In this document: one piece after another, positions 12,601-25,665 of the stretch
Layout: every line of letters begins with the position of its first letter
Position numbering within the stretch: position 1 is the first letter of the stretch
Source: Squalus acanthias
Lineage: Eukaryota
DNA: 64,000 nucleotides
Assembly (NCBI GenBank): GCA_030390025.1
Contig: CM059432.1
Location: 128,032,001 to 128,096,000 of the forward strand
Reading direction: 5' to 3'
Made by a program: the position numbers and the translations under genes
The notes under the pieces: model-generated
The model's input: only the letters and a program-made list of their open reading frames with translations
What the model was told of the DNA's origin: nothing
Databases searched by the model: none

Positions 12601-13790
12601 ATGTGGATATCATGTTTTTGTTATTACTAGATATTTTCTCCGGTTCAGCCCCACCAGTCACTCCTGTAAGTAGACCTAGCATCCACTATGATCTGGAGTG
12701 TATCTTTCCTGCCCTATATCTAGGTAAATAATGCTGAGACTTGGGTGGGGGGGGTCATAATAGAAAACTCTTATTCTGCACTCCACGACTGGGATGTATC
12801 ACATGCCACCACATGTTGCTCCTCCGTTTGAATGGCTAATCGGATACACACTTATCAAATCAAGGTGCAGACTCTGGGCCAACAGGTATTTGGTCATATA
12901 ACATAGATGAATGAAAATATAACAGTGAAATATATACTTGTTTGCACGCCTTGAATACCTAAAAATAATAGACACCATTCATCTTCTCTCTAAATGTAGA
13001 CCTTTAACAGATGCCCACTTACTCTAAGCTCAATCTAGCCTACCAGTGACTGCCAGGCTGAATGTTTCAGTAAACTCTCCCAGGATATTTATTAAAGCCA
13101 TTTAAAAAGGTTAGCCTTACAGCAAGTGGCTGCAAGTTGCAAACACTGGCTGCCCCTAAAACTGTCTGCTGACTGCCAGTGTCTGAGAGGAAGCCTATGC
13201 CTCCCTTCACTGTCTGCCCCCCCACCCCAATTCCAAGCTTTCCGTCACACACAACTCCAGCCACTAAATGGTCCTGTCTCGGAGACAATTATCAGTCAAA
13301 GTCACAACCCCTTGAGCCCTATCCTTTAATCTATGACCAGGTAGTTTGTGAACACCCAACAGATATCCTGACATAAAGTCAGTATTTCTCATAAATATAT
13401 TAGAACAAATAACCATTCATCAATTTTGAATCAAGGTAAATGCTGACGATGGCAAAGATGTTTGTCGTTGTAACTAACAGCCCTGGGATGATTACCCAAT
13501 TACCACTTCAATCATTGTGTGGGTCACAAAAAACTTGCACCTTGTCGAATCTTTCCCGGACAACTCATCTGTTCTGAGCTGATGACTTTCAGCTGACAGG
13601 ATGCTTTGTGTGACCATGGGTGTTAACACCTTGCATACTAGTAGTACAAAATGCAAGTTAATAAATTCAGCACAGATAAAAAGGTATGTTTTTCCAACGG
13701 TGGATTGCAGCAAAAATAACCCAGGAGTGTTTATTCCAGCCCATTGCAGTAGCAACCCCCATACCAGATAAAGTCCATCGTGGACCCTAC

Positions 13791-14419
13791 GGGGGAAAAA
13801 TTGTGTCGCGCCCCCTTTGGGGCGCTAACTTCACCCCGGAAAAGTTAGCGCACCTGTGCCCGGAATTGAATGGTAGCGCCCCCAAGCAGGAGGCGGGACG
13901 CTACTGGAAGCGCTCCCCCTCCCTCTTGGGGGCCCTCCCATTGAATATCGCGGTGCTACATGCAGCAGCGCCACGCACATCGGCTTGTAGCGCCGTGGTA
14001 CTACAGGCCTCCCTCCCCTGATTAAAGGGGAGGGGCCTAGCGCAGCGCGCACTGGGGCCCTGCTGGACCACCGGGAAGTAGGGTGCCGGCGGAAGACCGA
14101 TCGCGGCCGGCACCCCGCAGGAGGAGGCAAGAGGGGGCAGGTGCTGGCAGGTGGCCCAAAAAAAATGGCTGCCCGGCACCTGCCCTTTAATTTGCGCCGC
14201 AAACATGGCACCCTGACCCTGTCAGACATAGCATCCGGTGGTAAGCCAGGGGGCGCGAGCCAAGTTTGCGGCCGGGGCGCTGCGCACGGCGGTGACATCA
14301 GCGCCGCGGGGCGCTACCGCCGCCGCTAACCTCCCGCTGAATTTCGCGGGAGGCGTTGGTGACGCTGCGCCCGAGCGCTAAGTCCTTAGCGCCCCGCAAA
14401 GCAACCAAATTTTTCCCCC
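13791..14419. mobile_element. GC/CpG-rich non-autonomous TIR element (PIF/Harbinger-like MITE)
   Basis: Termini gggggaaaaattg and caaatttttccccc. Abrupt GC-rich island in AT-rich intron. Flanks tac/tat. Confidence 0.6.
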
Positions 14420-15085
14420 TATGTTTCCAGAAGACTTTTGGTTATATCCCACTGACTCTCAGGTTATTTTCAAAGTACAGATGAAATATGGCAAGTTTCC
14501 TTCTCAGGTGAAAATACAATTCTTTGTGAAAAGTCTAAGCAGCTGAATGCATGGGTAAAAGCTTAATTTTGTAATCTACAGATGTGTATGTCCTTATAAT
14601 ACAACAGAGTGTATAAAAGTAACCTGACCACCCAGAATGCAAATTTCTTAAAGGGAGATGGTCCCAGATGATTTTGTTCAATGGGATGACAGCAATTTGC
14701 TTTGTCTGTGTGGAAGTTGAATCTCTTTCAAAGAATAAGGAAGGACATATCTATATCTTGCCTGGACTCTGGAAGCTTATGAATAACAAACTGGTTTATT
14801 GATCTGTTTGTATATATTAAAAGTTAGTGTTAATAAATATTTTAAAATCAGATGCATATATTTTTATTTTGTCCATCCACATTCTTTTTTAAATGCCGAC
14901 AGAAATCCTCATCTTTAATCCATCCTTTATTTTAACAATTTTATCTTTGTAGCTTTCATAGATGAAAGTTATTTGGATATACAGTGTTAAAGAACAAAAC
15001 ACTCGTTATTTTCTTGTTCCTTTGGAATGGTTTGTATTTGTTGGCAGCTTTGATTATGCATTCTTACTGAGCATCTTCATTCAGG

Positions 15086-15282
15086 ATGTGGAGATGCCGG
15101 TGTTGGACTGGGGTGGACAAATGCGAGAAGTCGCACAACACCAGGTTATAGTCCAACAGCTTTATTTGAAATCACAAGCTTTCGGAGCGCTGCTCCTTCA
15201 CCTGACGAAGGAGTAGCGCTCCAAAAGCTTGTGATTTCAAATAAAGCTGTTGGACTATAACCTGGTGTTGTGCGACTTCTCA
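15086..15282. mobile_element. Penelope-like terminal fragment in inverted (hairpin) arrangement, 14-bp TSD with 1 mismatch
   Basis: catcttcattcagg (15072-15085) and catcttaattcagg (15283-15296). ~79-bp near-perfect arms around acctgac. Hammerhead core ctgacga present but GAAA mutated to AAAA. Confidence 0.75.
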
Positions 15283-15423
15283 CATCTTAATTCAGGGCAT
15301 TGTAAAACTCCAAAATATATTCTTAATTCTTTAGATTTTAAAGTGCATAAAAAGGCATTAAAATGGATTGATAACCTGAACAATTGTAAACTGAATTGGG
15401 AGTATTGGGAAAACCGAAGCCAT

Positions 15424-16228
15424 TGTTTTCAGTCCCCGCCACAAACTCCGTTCCCTAGCCACTGACTCCATCCCTCTCCCGAACATCTGTCTGAGGCTGA
15501 ACCGTACTGTTCGCAACCTTGGTGTCATATTTGACCCTGAAATGAGCTTCTGACCACATATCCGCAGCATAACTAAGACCGCCTATTTCCACCTCCGTAA
15601 CATTGCCCGTCTCTGTCCTTGCCTCAGCTCATCCGCTGCTGAAACCCTCATCCATGCCTTTGTTACCTCTAGACTTGACTATTCCAACACATTCCACCCT
15701 ACGTAAACTTGAGGTCATCCAAAACTCGGCTGCCCATGTCCTAACTCGCACCAAGTCCCGTTCGCCCATCACCCTAGTGCTCGCTGACCTACATTGGCTC
15801 CTGGTTAAGCAGCGCCTCGATTTCAAAATTCTCATCCTTGTTTTCAAATCCCTCCATGGCCTCGCCCCTTCCTATCTCTGTAATCTCCTTCAGCCCCACA
15901 ACCCCCCGAGATATCTGTGCTCCTCTAATTCTGCCCTCTTGAGGATCCCTGATTATAATCACTCAACCTTTGGTGGCTGTGCCTTCTGTTGCCTAGGCCC
16001 TAAGCTCTGGAATTCCCTGCCTAAACCTGTCTGCCTCTCTACCTCTCTTTCCTCCTTTAAGACGCTCCTTAAAACCTACCTCTTTGACCAAGTTTTTGGT
16101 CACCAGCCCTAATTTATCCTTATGTGGATTGGTGTCAAATTTTTTGTCTTAAAATACTCCTGTGCTGCGCCTTGGGATGTTTTTCTACATTAAAGGTGCT
16201 ATATAAATACAAGTTGTTGTTGTTGTTG
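15424..16228 (+). mobile_element. L2-clade LINE 3' fragment
   Basis: ORF 15603-16112 IQNSAAHVLTRTK...HWL...LWNSLP...LKTYLF, ending in a (ttg)n tail. Confidence 0.85.
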
Positions 16229-16396
16229 AATTGAGCATTTTTTACCATGTTAACTTATATAAAATTAACCATTGCCTGTTTTCTTAAATTGCACAGAAGT
16301 ATGTTCTATAATGTTCCAAGTTGCTTTTATTTTCTTTCACTTTTTGATATCAGATAAATGGCACAGCTTCAATTTCAGTGTTTGTCTTCTCCACAG

Positions 16397-16483
16397 ATCA
16401 AGCAAACACAGGATGAAGAAAAGAAGCAGCTGTGCACGCTCCGTGATATGCTCAAATCCTCACTGCAACTTGAACAGAAAGAG
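16397..16483 (+). CDS. ASAP1: ASAP1 coding exon (end of BAR), IKQTQDEEKKQLCTLRDMLKSSLQLEQKE
   Basis: ctccacag|ATC acceptor and GAG|gtaggt donor. 87 nt, phase 0 to 0. Confidence 0.95.
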
Positions 16484-16535
16484 GTAGGTGTACTTGAAAT
16501 AGCTAGAATTTACATTTCATAAAAGTAGCCAAATA

Positions 16536-16948
16536 CAGGAAACTCTTTCGTATCCGGCACCGACGGGACCAGGGTGGTGCCGGTTGATTGAAAATTCCGG
16601 ATAACGGAGAGGTATATCTACCGAGGCTATTTTTAACAAACAAAAATAAAAAAATCAAGAAATGTGTAGTATAATTGGGTACTCACCTACAGAATGTTGT
16701 GTTAAATGGACTCGACTCGGCAACATTTCCGGTTATTGAGGTGTTCGGATCGGAAGAGACTTCCGACAGCGCCAAGAAGCCGAGTAGTGGCAGTTTGGAG
16801 AAGTACCCCCACTGACTAACTCGGCCACCGCAGGAGACTCGGACTCGGCAACATTTCCGGTTATTGAGGTGTTGTTTTTGGAGTATGAATTTTGCCGGTT
16901 ATTAGAGAATTCCGGATATTTAGGTGCCGTTTAAACGAGAGTTTCCTG
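16536..16948. mobile_element. Tc1/mariner-pogo (Tigger-like) MITE with TA TSD
   Basis: TA|caggaaactct ... agagtttcctg|TA. Internal 32-nt direct repeat at 16714-16745 and 16842-16873. Confidence 0.8.
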
Positions 16949-17327
16949 TATTCCAAATTATAGAGTAAAGCTATAGAGACTTGACTATTCTATAACTAAT
17001 AAATTATACCATTTGATCATTATGCTTCTAAATTAAAAAATAGCATTTTAGTCTTGTCTGAAACTTTTTGGATACTCTCATAAAAGTTCTTGTTTTGAAA
17101 GGCAATGTTCAATGCCATGATTTTTCTCTGGCTGAAAATGGCTTATGAAATACAAAGCATAACCGAGTTTAGCTTGCATTCTAACAGTGTTAAATTTTTT
17201 AACTTGTCATTATTGTTAAATATGAAGCCACTAATATGCTAAAAAGATAACGAAAATAGATTTTGGTCAAGGATAGTTTCTAAGTAACCAACTTAAACTC
17301 TGTTGTCTAGTCTCAAATAATTTCCAA

Positions 17328-18170
17328 CAACAATTTGCATTTATATAGTGCCTTGACTGTAGAAAAATGTGTCTCAGAGGCATAATCAGAAAACAAAAGC
17401 TGAGCCAAATAAGAGGAGGTTAGGAGGGGTGACCAAAAGGTTGGTCAGAGGTGGGTTTTAACGAGGGTATTAAATGAGGATAGGAAGTTGGAGAGGCAGA
17501 GGCGTTTAGAAGGGAATCCCAGGGTTGGGGCCTGGGCGGCTGCAAGCATGACTGCCAATGTTGGGATTATGGGGGGTGGGGGTTGCTGCCAGAGTCAGAA
17601 GGAGAGTTCAGGGTGGGGACTTAGAGCTGGAGGAGGTTACAGAGATAGGGAGGAGCAAGGCCATGAAAGAATCTAAAGACAAAGATGTGAATTTTAAATA
17701 CGAGGCGTTGGGGGAATAGGAGCCAATGATGCCCGCAAAGCTGGGGGTGATGAGTGAGTGGGCCCTGGCTGTAGGTTAGGATATGGGCAGCAGAGTTTTA
17801 GTTGAGCTGACATTTGTGGAGGATGGGAGGCTGGCCAATAGAGAGCATTGGAATAGATGAGTCTGGAGATGACAAAGGCATAGGGTTTCAGCAGCAGATG
17901 AACTGAGGTAGGGGGCAGAGGTGGGTGAAGGTGGAATTAGGTGGTCTTTGTGATGGAGAAGATATGTGCTCGGAAACACAAATTGGAGTTGAATTGAACT
18001 GTCGAGGTTGCAAATAGTCTGGTTCAGCTTGAGACAGTGGCTGGGAAAGTGATGGAATAAGTGGCAAAGGTACAGAGTTAGTGGCGGGTGCCTAAGACAA
18101 TGGCTTTGAGCTGATAGAAATTGAGGCTCATTCAAGGCTGATGTCAGACTAGCAGTCTAACAACAGAGTG
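17328..18170 (-). mobile_element. Degenerate L2 LINE 3' fragment
   Basis: Reverse complement resembles 15424-16228, including the tail caacaacaatttgcatttatatagtgcc. Confidence 0.7.
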
Positions 18171-19584
18171 GCAGTATGGGGTTGAGAGCGACCACATTGC
18201 TGCATTGAACAGAAAAAAAAACTGCCGTTTAATATCCAAGATATGACGACAAATACTTAGAAGTTAGCCTTTATGCAAAACAGACATTGAATTCCAAATA
18301 GCTGATCCTTACAGTATAATTTAAAGGATATGAATTTGATGAGTCTTTTTTTATTTTAAAAAGGTAAATTATTAGGAAAAATTATCATACAGAAATCTTA
18401 TTTTTTTTATTTGAAAAAAATGTAAATAATAGGAAAAGTTCTTGTGCAGTTCTGATTAGAGGTAGTTATATAATTAATGTGAACAAACAATTAACAAGAA
18501 ACTGAACCCAATATTCCAGTTCACCAGAGCTTTTTAGGTAGTTTGATCAAATGAAACCAAATCTGAACATTTGCTAGATCCAATCAGAGGTCCCCCCCCG
18601 TAAACTGAATTTCAGATACTTCTGGAAAAGGTCAATTTATTTTAAAATTCACAAAGTATGTGGTGGTTTTTTTGCTTCAAAAGAAAATTTTAAGCTGAAA
18701 GCAGCAACCTCTAGCATTGAAATTAAAGTTGAAGCTTGATTGCTTTTCTTGTTGCTTATTTTGATTCTTTGTCTTAATAAATGATAAATGTTCCCTTCCA
18801 TGTGCTTCATTTTTTCCTCAAAACATTTATCTTAAAAAAAAAAAACATTTTTAGTGCTTTTCCACATAACTCTTAGCTGATCTATTTGTTGAGTGGAAGC
18901 TTGAAGTGGATGAGCCTCACTGCTATCCATCAAAGGGATTCTCTTGAAGCACTTTTTTTCCAGCATCGGTAATGCTGTTTTAGTCTGTAAACCAATGGGA
19001 GGATTTTGTTTCATTTCATTTTCACACTGCGCATGTCAAGTATGTCTTTGCTAAAAAAAAAAGCAAGATTTCCAGGAACTGAGTTTTATATTTTTTTTAA
19101 TTCACCGTGGCAGTCTGAGAATGGACCAAACACACTAACACTAATAATAAAAAGGCACGTTGAACAGTTTGCCAGGAAAAAATCACTTTCTGGGTTCTAT
19201 AGGGGAGCCATTAAAATGTGATTATTTAGAGAACAACTTACCCCAGGGCTGTAGCCAGCATTGAAATAACCCACGCTGCTGTCTCAGTATTTTTTTCTGT
19301 CCAGATTTGTAAACATAAGCATTACTGTTCGGTCATAACTATACAAAGAAAGCAGTCATTTTTTCATAGTGTGGAGTGGCAGCGAATGTGTCTTATCTTC
19401 CAAATGTACTACTGTGTTTTCCTGAGGACTAGGAAGATTTGGTGGAATGTATTAAATGAACTGGGTACTATTTGGAGAACAAAGAATGCATTATTTGGTA
19501 ATTCTTTGGCAAAGTATAATTTTCAATGATGTCTCTTTGAAAAGGAGATGTTTAAAAATAGTACATAAAAACCTGTGAAATATT

Positions 19585-20316
19585 TGGCCCTGAATTTCTG
19601 ATCGGAGGCTTCCTATGTGCGGATACCTCCGATCAGAAGAAATCTACGCACTTACCTGCTGGCTTCGTAGGTCCCGAGACTTGCGATCTTGGCCCTCCAC
19701 TACGAAATGCGCAGAGGCCCAGGTATCCCAGGGGCGCATGGGGTTCGCAAGCGCCCCTGGGATAACGTGGGCCATTGGGAACCAATCAAAGAAGGGAATC
19801 CCCCTTCACACTTTGGACAGTTCTCTCCGCTGTCAAAAGTATGAATGGGGATCACTTAAACAGTTAAACATAAAATTTTTCTTAAATCATGTATTTAAAA
19901 TTAGTTAAAATTACATTAAATTATTTTAAACAAAGTTCCAATTTTTGAAAAAATTGAAGTTTTTTACGGGGCTAAAAATAAACTTACCTTTTTTAAAAGT
20001 ATTTTTAAATTATTAATGTTTTTTTTAAAAAAAATGTTTAAACATTTTTTAAACTCTTCTGTTAAAAGCAGGCCTTACGCCTGCTTTTACCAGGCGTAAG
20101 GTTTTTAAAGGTTTTCAGCGGGCGGAAGTTGTGCAGAAAGCGCAATTCCCTTTCCGCGGAGGCCATTTTCCCGGGCAGGCGGATGATCTGTCAAGAGGAT
20201 TCTTGACAGATCGTAAGTGCCGGTTTTCAGCGCATGCGCTCCGCATGCCTGAAATCGGCACTTGCGAGGCCCCTACGGGTGCATACGCACCCGTGGGGGT
20301 CGTAAAATACGGCCCA
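19585..20316. mobile_element. Harbinger-like non-autonomous TIR element (GC-rich ends, AT-rich core)
   Basis: Termini tggccctgaatttc and gtaaaatacggccca. Confidence 0.5.
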
Positions 20317-21229
20317 ACATTTCGGATAGTGTCCTTCAGAATTTTTTTTTTCTCTCTAAAGGAGTTGACTAACCTACTGTCTGTTTCAAGCATTTTGTTT
20401 TTATTTCAGTTTTCCAACATTTGAGTTTTAAAAAAAATTTGAAATGTGTTTGCCACAATTGAATGTGGATGGAGTGTTAAGTGGCTTAAAGCTGTTGTGG
20501 CATAGTTTTGGAGAGCATCCCTACCTTGTGTTTGACTTTCCTCTCATTCACGCCAGCAACAAGCAGAGATCCCGACTGTCATGCACTGATAGAACTTTTA
20601 CTTTGAGAGTGCTGTTGGTGGCAGACAAGATCAGAAGATGAATAAAGATGAGGAAGGCCATTTCGCCCACCTTGGCTTACCCATCAAACAGCAAAAATCT
20701 AGTTGTCCTCCATCATGATATCCAACAGGGTCTTTAATGAATCTAAAGTTTTCACCTCCACTACTCTTCCTGTAAGCCTGTTAAAAGTGTTGATTTACTT
20801 TTTGTGTGACTTCAAAATAAAATTTAAAGTAGAAAGTAGTCACCTGGGTAGGATTTAAACTGAACTGAACAGCTGAACCATGGTTGTTTTGTTCATTGAT
20901 TATCTTAACTCTGTCTTTGTTTTAATAAATCCTAAATTTGTCCTTTTATTAGTTTTAACCTGTGCCTCCCTGTCCTATTGTCTTGGATTACCCTGAAGTA
21001 ATGCTTTGGGTTTACCTTTACTTCTGTGTTTCAGTATGGTTCTCCTCCCCTTATACAGTGCCTTTTGAGGCTAAAGAACCACAGAATTTGGGACCCCACT
21101 TTAAAAAAAAAAAAAGAATTTAAAGACATCTATGTTTGACACAATACAATGGGATCTTCTGTACGTTTGAGTGTACATGTCTATCCAAGATGTTCTACTT
21201 GCATGCTAAGTTAATGCAACAAAACATAG

Positions 21230-22417
21230 TGGCCCGGAATTTGCAGTGGGTAATAACAGCGAAAGTTGTTGGTTCACTGTTATTACCCCTTTGAAACTGA
21301 CTGCAACTTCAGGATTTAGCGCATGTGCACCGTAATGCGAAAATCCTGAAGTTGTGGTCAGTCATTCACTGCTCCGACACTGGCTGACCCCCCCACCCGC
21401 TCCCCATAGCCGGCAATCGGGGAAATCGGTGAAACTGACACAAACTTCAGCTTTTCCGCACTAATAAAGTTAGACCCTTTTGGATTAGGTATAACTGGGG
21501 TTTTAACAGTGTGTTGACTGCTAAACATATGTTATGGCCCTGAAAAAAATAATTAAAATTTTGTGCAGTGTCAAATTTATCCATTTTAATAAAAATTACA
21601 ATTTTTAAGAAACTTCAAAAAAGTATATATTTTTTGAACGTTTGTTCATCTTTATTTCAGGTTTACCGTTTCCCTATGTGAGAGCCCCAATCTTTGTTTT
21701 GCTCTCTCAAATTATAAAAAAGTTGGAATAAAAGGAGCTTACTCACTTCCTGGTTCTTGGTCTGTGAGAATTCTGCACATTGTGATTGGCTGCTTAGACA
21801 GCTTGTTGGCATCACAGCAGCTCGCATTTGGGGATCCCCATTAACTTACACTCGCCTCTGAGTCAGAAGGTTGTGGGTTCAAGTCCCACTCCAGGGACTT
21901 GAGCACATAAGTCTTGGCTGACACTCCAGTCCAGTACTGAGGGAGTGCTGCACTGTCAGAGGTGCCGTCTTTCGGATGAGACGTTAAACCAAGGCCCCGT
22001 CTGCTCTCCCAGGTGGACGTAAAAGACCCCATGGCACTATTTCGAAGAAGAGCAAGGGAGTTATTCCCGGTGTCCTGGCCAATATTTATCCCTCAATCAA
22101 CATAACAAAAAAGACAGATTATCTGGTCATTATCACATTGCTGTTTGGGAGCTTGCTGTGTGAAAATTGGCTGCACTATTTCCCACATTACAACAGTGCC
22201 TACACGCCAAAAGTACTTCGTTGGCTGTAAAGCACTTTGAGACGTCTGGTGGCCATGAAAGGCGCTATATAAATGCAAGTCTTTTTTTTCCCCTTTTATC
22301 TCAACTGAACATTGGAAAATCCGAACGTTTCTGAGATCGCGAGATCTTTGTGGGAAGCTTACTTTGGGGCCAGCAGCAAACGCCTTTGCTTCACCACTGA
22401 CAGCAAATTACAGGCCA
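21230..22417. mobile_element. Harbinger-like TIR element containing a nested DeuSINE
   Basis: tggcccggaatttgc ... gcaaattacaggcca with 3-bp flanks tag/taa. Confidence 0.55.
21848..22288 (+). mobile_element. DeuSINE (SacSINE1/AmnSINE1-like tRNA-headed SINE)
   Basis: B-box ggttcaagtccc, Deu-domain-like core gccgtctttcggatgagacgttaaacc...ggtgtcctggccaa, and L2-like tail ggcgctatataaatgcaagt. Confidence 0.8.
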
Positions 22418-24199
22418 TAATTGCCTTAGCCCTGGAGATTGTTTCAGTTGAAAGCAGATAGATTGATTCAAACTTGCAGTAGCATGTTTTCCTGAAAAAC
22501 TGTTTTTTAATGTTATGTAGATTTGTACACTTCCTGTAACACTAAAATTTGCTGTGGTCTAAGGATATTTATTGTACTTTTCTTCTGACTCATTCATCCC
22601 ACGTCACTCATTCCACTTTCTGATCCTCCCAGCACTGAAGTTCTGACTCACTGGTGTCATGGCACTATTGTGACTGGTCTGATACATGTGAACATTGTAA
22701 GGGTATGTTATTTAAATTCTAGCTTCAGCATCAGCTGGCTGGTGCACAGGTTCCCAGCTGTGAGCCAGCAGAAGTTTAAATTTTCTAATTACATATCTTC
22801 AACTGCCAGCCAGTCTCCCATTATGCTCCCTGCTGAAATGTTTTTTAAAAATTTTGGTTTGGGGATTCCCCTATCCCCCTCTCCTGTTGATTCCCCTCTA
22901 GCTCTCTCCCCCTCTCCCATTGATTACCCTTTCCCGGCGGGAAGTCAGCTATTTGCTGAACACTGCATTAACATTTTTTAACTATTGCCAACTCGCGACC
23001 AGAGACTTGGGGGCAGATCGGCTGACTGGCTAAGATATAATTTAAAAATGTTAACTGTTTTCGGCTCCCATCTGAAACGTGCAAGTAGGCAGGCTGATGG
23101 CCGAAGACTGAATTTAACAATTTTAACTGTTCCTGGCTTGGGGCCAGGAACTTGGAAGGCAGCCAGCCAATGTTCCCGCTAAACTGCACGGCCACGCAAT
23201 GGTCTGAAGGTCCCGCGCAGGCCGCTCACCGCCTTCTACAGCATGCGTGCATGAAAATTTGAATGGGCCGTATACCCAGTTAAAAGAACCACTAAAAAAA
23301 ATTAGGGGGAATATTGAAGCCAGCTGATGGCAGAAGATATAATTAAAAAGTTAGACTGTTACTGGGTCATGACCAGGAACATTTTTGGAGGCGCTCTTAA
23401 ACTTTGGCAATCAGTCTCACTGCACCAATACAGTAACAACGATTAACAGTCCAGGATGTTGGCCCACATTTCCTCAGCTCCCCTCCACCTGAGTACAACC
23501 AGACCCTTTCCTCTTCATACTACCACACGCTTGCCCCCTCCAGATACCCTTCATATTGGGTGCCTCTTTCCAACTGACATTGTGTAGCCCTCTCATTGTA
23601 AGTGCAGTCACCTTTCATGAATAGCCATGCTGTTCTTTGACCTCCAGCAGCCAATTTTTGAAAAGCGGTCTTTGTCCCCGAAGGGATTTTACAAGAAACA
23701 AATGGCAGGGTATCAAGAGCAGCCATCACGCCTATACTAAATACTGGCATCAGACAGTCTGTCTGATGATCCTCAAGGCACTTCCCAACATATAATGTGC
23801 TCTGCATTAAGAGCATCACACACATATTTCAATGAGCTGAAGAAAATATTACAATCGTGCCAAGTCAGCATCATGGGCTGTTGTTGCACACAGCGCCTGA
23901 GGAGCAGTGGCCCATAATGCACCCCATTCGTACAGCGTTGTCCACCACCATATTCTCCAATTTTCTATGAACAACACAGCAGGATATCAACTGGTGCTCA
24001 CTAAACATTGTAACATCTTCTATAGTTGTCCATCAGATGGTAGAAGTAGATATCTCCATCTTTAGATATTTACAGAAATATTCTTGTTATTTTACTGAGT
24101 GCATGCCTAAAGTGTATAATAACTTGGTGTGATATGTTTTAGTTTAAGCAGAAGAAAGATGAGTGTTACTGAGAAGCTGGGCAACTTAACTGCATTCTA

Positions 24200-24537
24200 C
24201 AGGAAACTCTTTATTAACCGGCACCGACGGGACCGGCATGGTGCCAGTTAATCAAAAAGTCCGGATAACGGAGAGTTATATCTCCCAACGTACGAGAGCC
24301 CCATACACATTGACATGCGCCTGCATTCGGAGCTCCGTCTCTCCGGGGACCGCCAGCTGACCATCTGTCGTGTCCGCTGCCTACCCGGGCTGCACATTCC
24401 CCTCCCAATCTACACGCTCCGATACAAGGCAAACGCCTCGGGGTTTTTTTTAAAGTTAATTTTAAATGAGAGATGAAGGAAAACCCCGGTTAAGAGAGAT
24501 TTCTGGATATTTGGGTGCCGGTTAATAGAGTTTCCTG
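24200..24537. mobile_element. Second pogo/Tigger-like MITE with TA TSD (same TIRs as 16536-16948)
   Basis: TA|caggaaactct ... agagtttcctg|TA. Shared subterminal ccggcaccgacgggacc but a different core. Confidence 0.8.
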
Positions 24538-25114
24538 TACTTCAAGAATCTTGTGCTTCTGCCCTTGTAGTACTTACAGCTCTAGAAAATTGTGTCCAAT
24601 TTGCAACTCATGCAATTTTCCATCAAATAAGCACATTCCTCTGGTTATTATGTGTAGTAACATTGTAAATGCATTCATGAAGTTTTTCTATGCTCAGTAT
24701 TTCTAGCAAAATCATAAATATGTTCTTTTAGAATGTCTTCAGGATATTTGCAAGAAATACCAAACAGGAAATCTTCACATGCATCTACTATGTCCGTACA
24801 CATAACAAACAGGAATTTTAACCATCTGGCGCGCTGTGACTTCAGCCAGATCTATTGCAAAGTGAAGACAAAATCCTACCTGTTCTCTCTCCCCCACTGC
24901 TTTTTCTCTCCTTTCCCCAGTCACTGGAGGGAGGAACTGCTAAATAGGCACATTAACTTGCATCACCAGTATAGAATAGACAAAGTGTTATTTTGTTTTA
25001 CTAACTGATTCAGTAATTCCCAGAACTTTTAACTTTTTTTGTTTTACAATCAACTCCAAGAAAGAAAGCTGTTGCCTTCTTAGGGTACCGATACAAATAA
25101 GCCTCAAAAAAATG

Positions 25115-25665
25115 TCTCTTCACTTGTTTCTCTCTCCCTCTCTCACACTCATATCTTTCTCTTGCCCTACTTTCTGTCTGTATCTCTCCTTTGCCTTTTC
25201 TTCTCTCTTTCTTCCTCTTCTGTCTCCTTCCCTTTAGTAACTCTCCCCTCGCTCCCTTACGGTTGTGTGTCTCTTATCTCTCTCCTTCCTTTCTGCTTCC
25301 CCTCTCTCTCAATTCACTTTTTTCTTCTTATCCTCTTGTACTTTTCTCTTTTCTGTTTTGTTCTCTCTTCTTCTGTTTATTTCTTATATCCTTTTACTCC
25401 TATCATTCCTCTTTTTCCTGTTTCTCTTATCTTTCTTGGCTCTGTTTCTTTTATCTCTCACCCTGTTTCTCTTGTTTCTCTTCCTCTGTATCTGTCTCTT
25501 GCTTCTCTTTCTCCTGCTGCTTCCTCCCCTTCCCCCTATCTCTTTTCTCCCTTTGGCCCCCTCTGTTACTCTCTCTTTCTCTTCTCCCACTCTCCCTTCC
25601 TCCACCTCTATTTCCTCCCCTGGCTGTGCTCTTGCTCCCCCATTCCTTTTTCACCTGTTTCTTGT
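25115..25665. repeat. Polypyrimidine (CT-rich) low-complexity tract
   Basis: Almost all C/T on the + strand. Explains the stacked spurious ORFs here. Confidence 0.85.

Noticed and set aside
13686..14329. CpG island or internal promoter with several ORFs
   Set aside because: Bounded by TIRs and explained as a GC-rich MITE.
16484..16522. Possible in-frame 3' extension of the exon (VGVLEIARIYIS), resembling a rodent ASAP1 insert I recall
   Set aside because: It runs into TAA after 12 codons with no good downstream donor.
21860..21895. tRNA gene
   Set aside because: Only the tRNA-derived head of a SINE; no complete cloverleaf.
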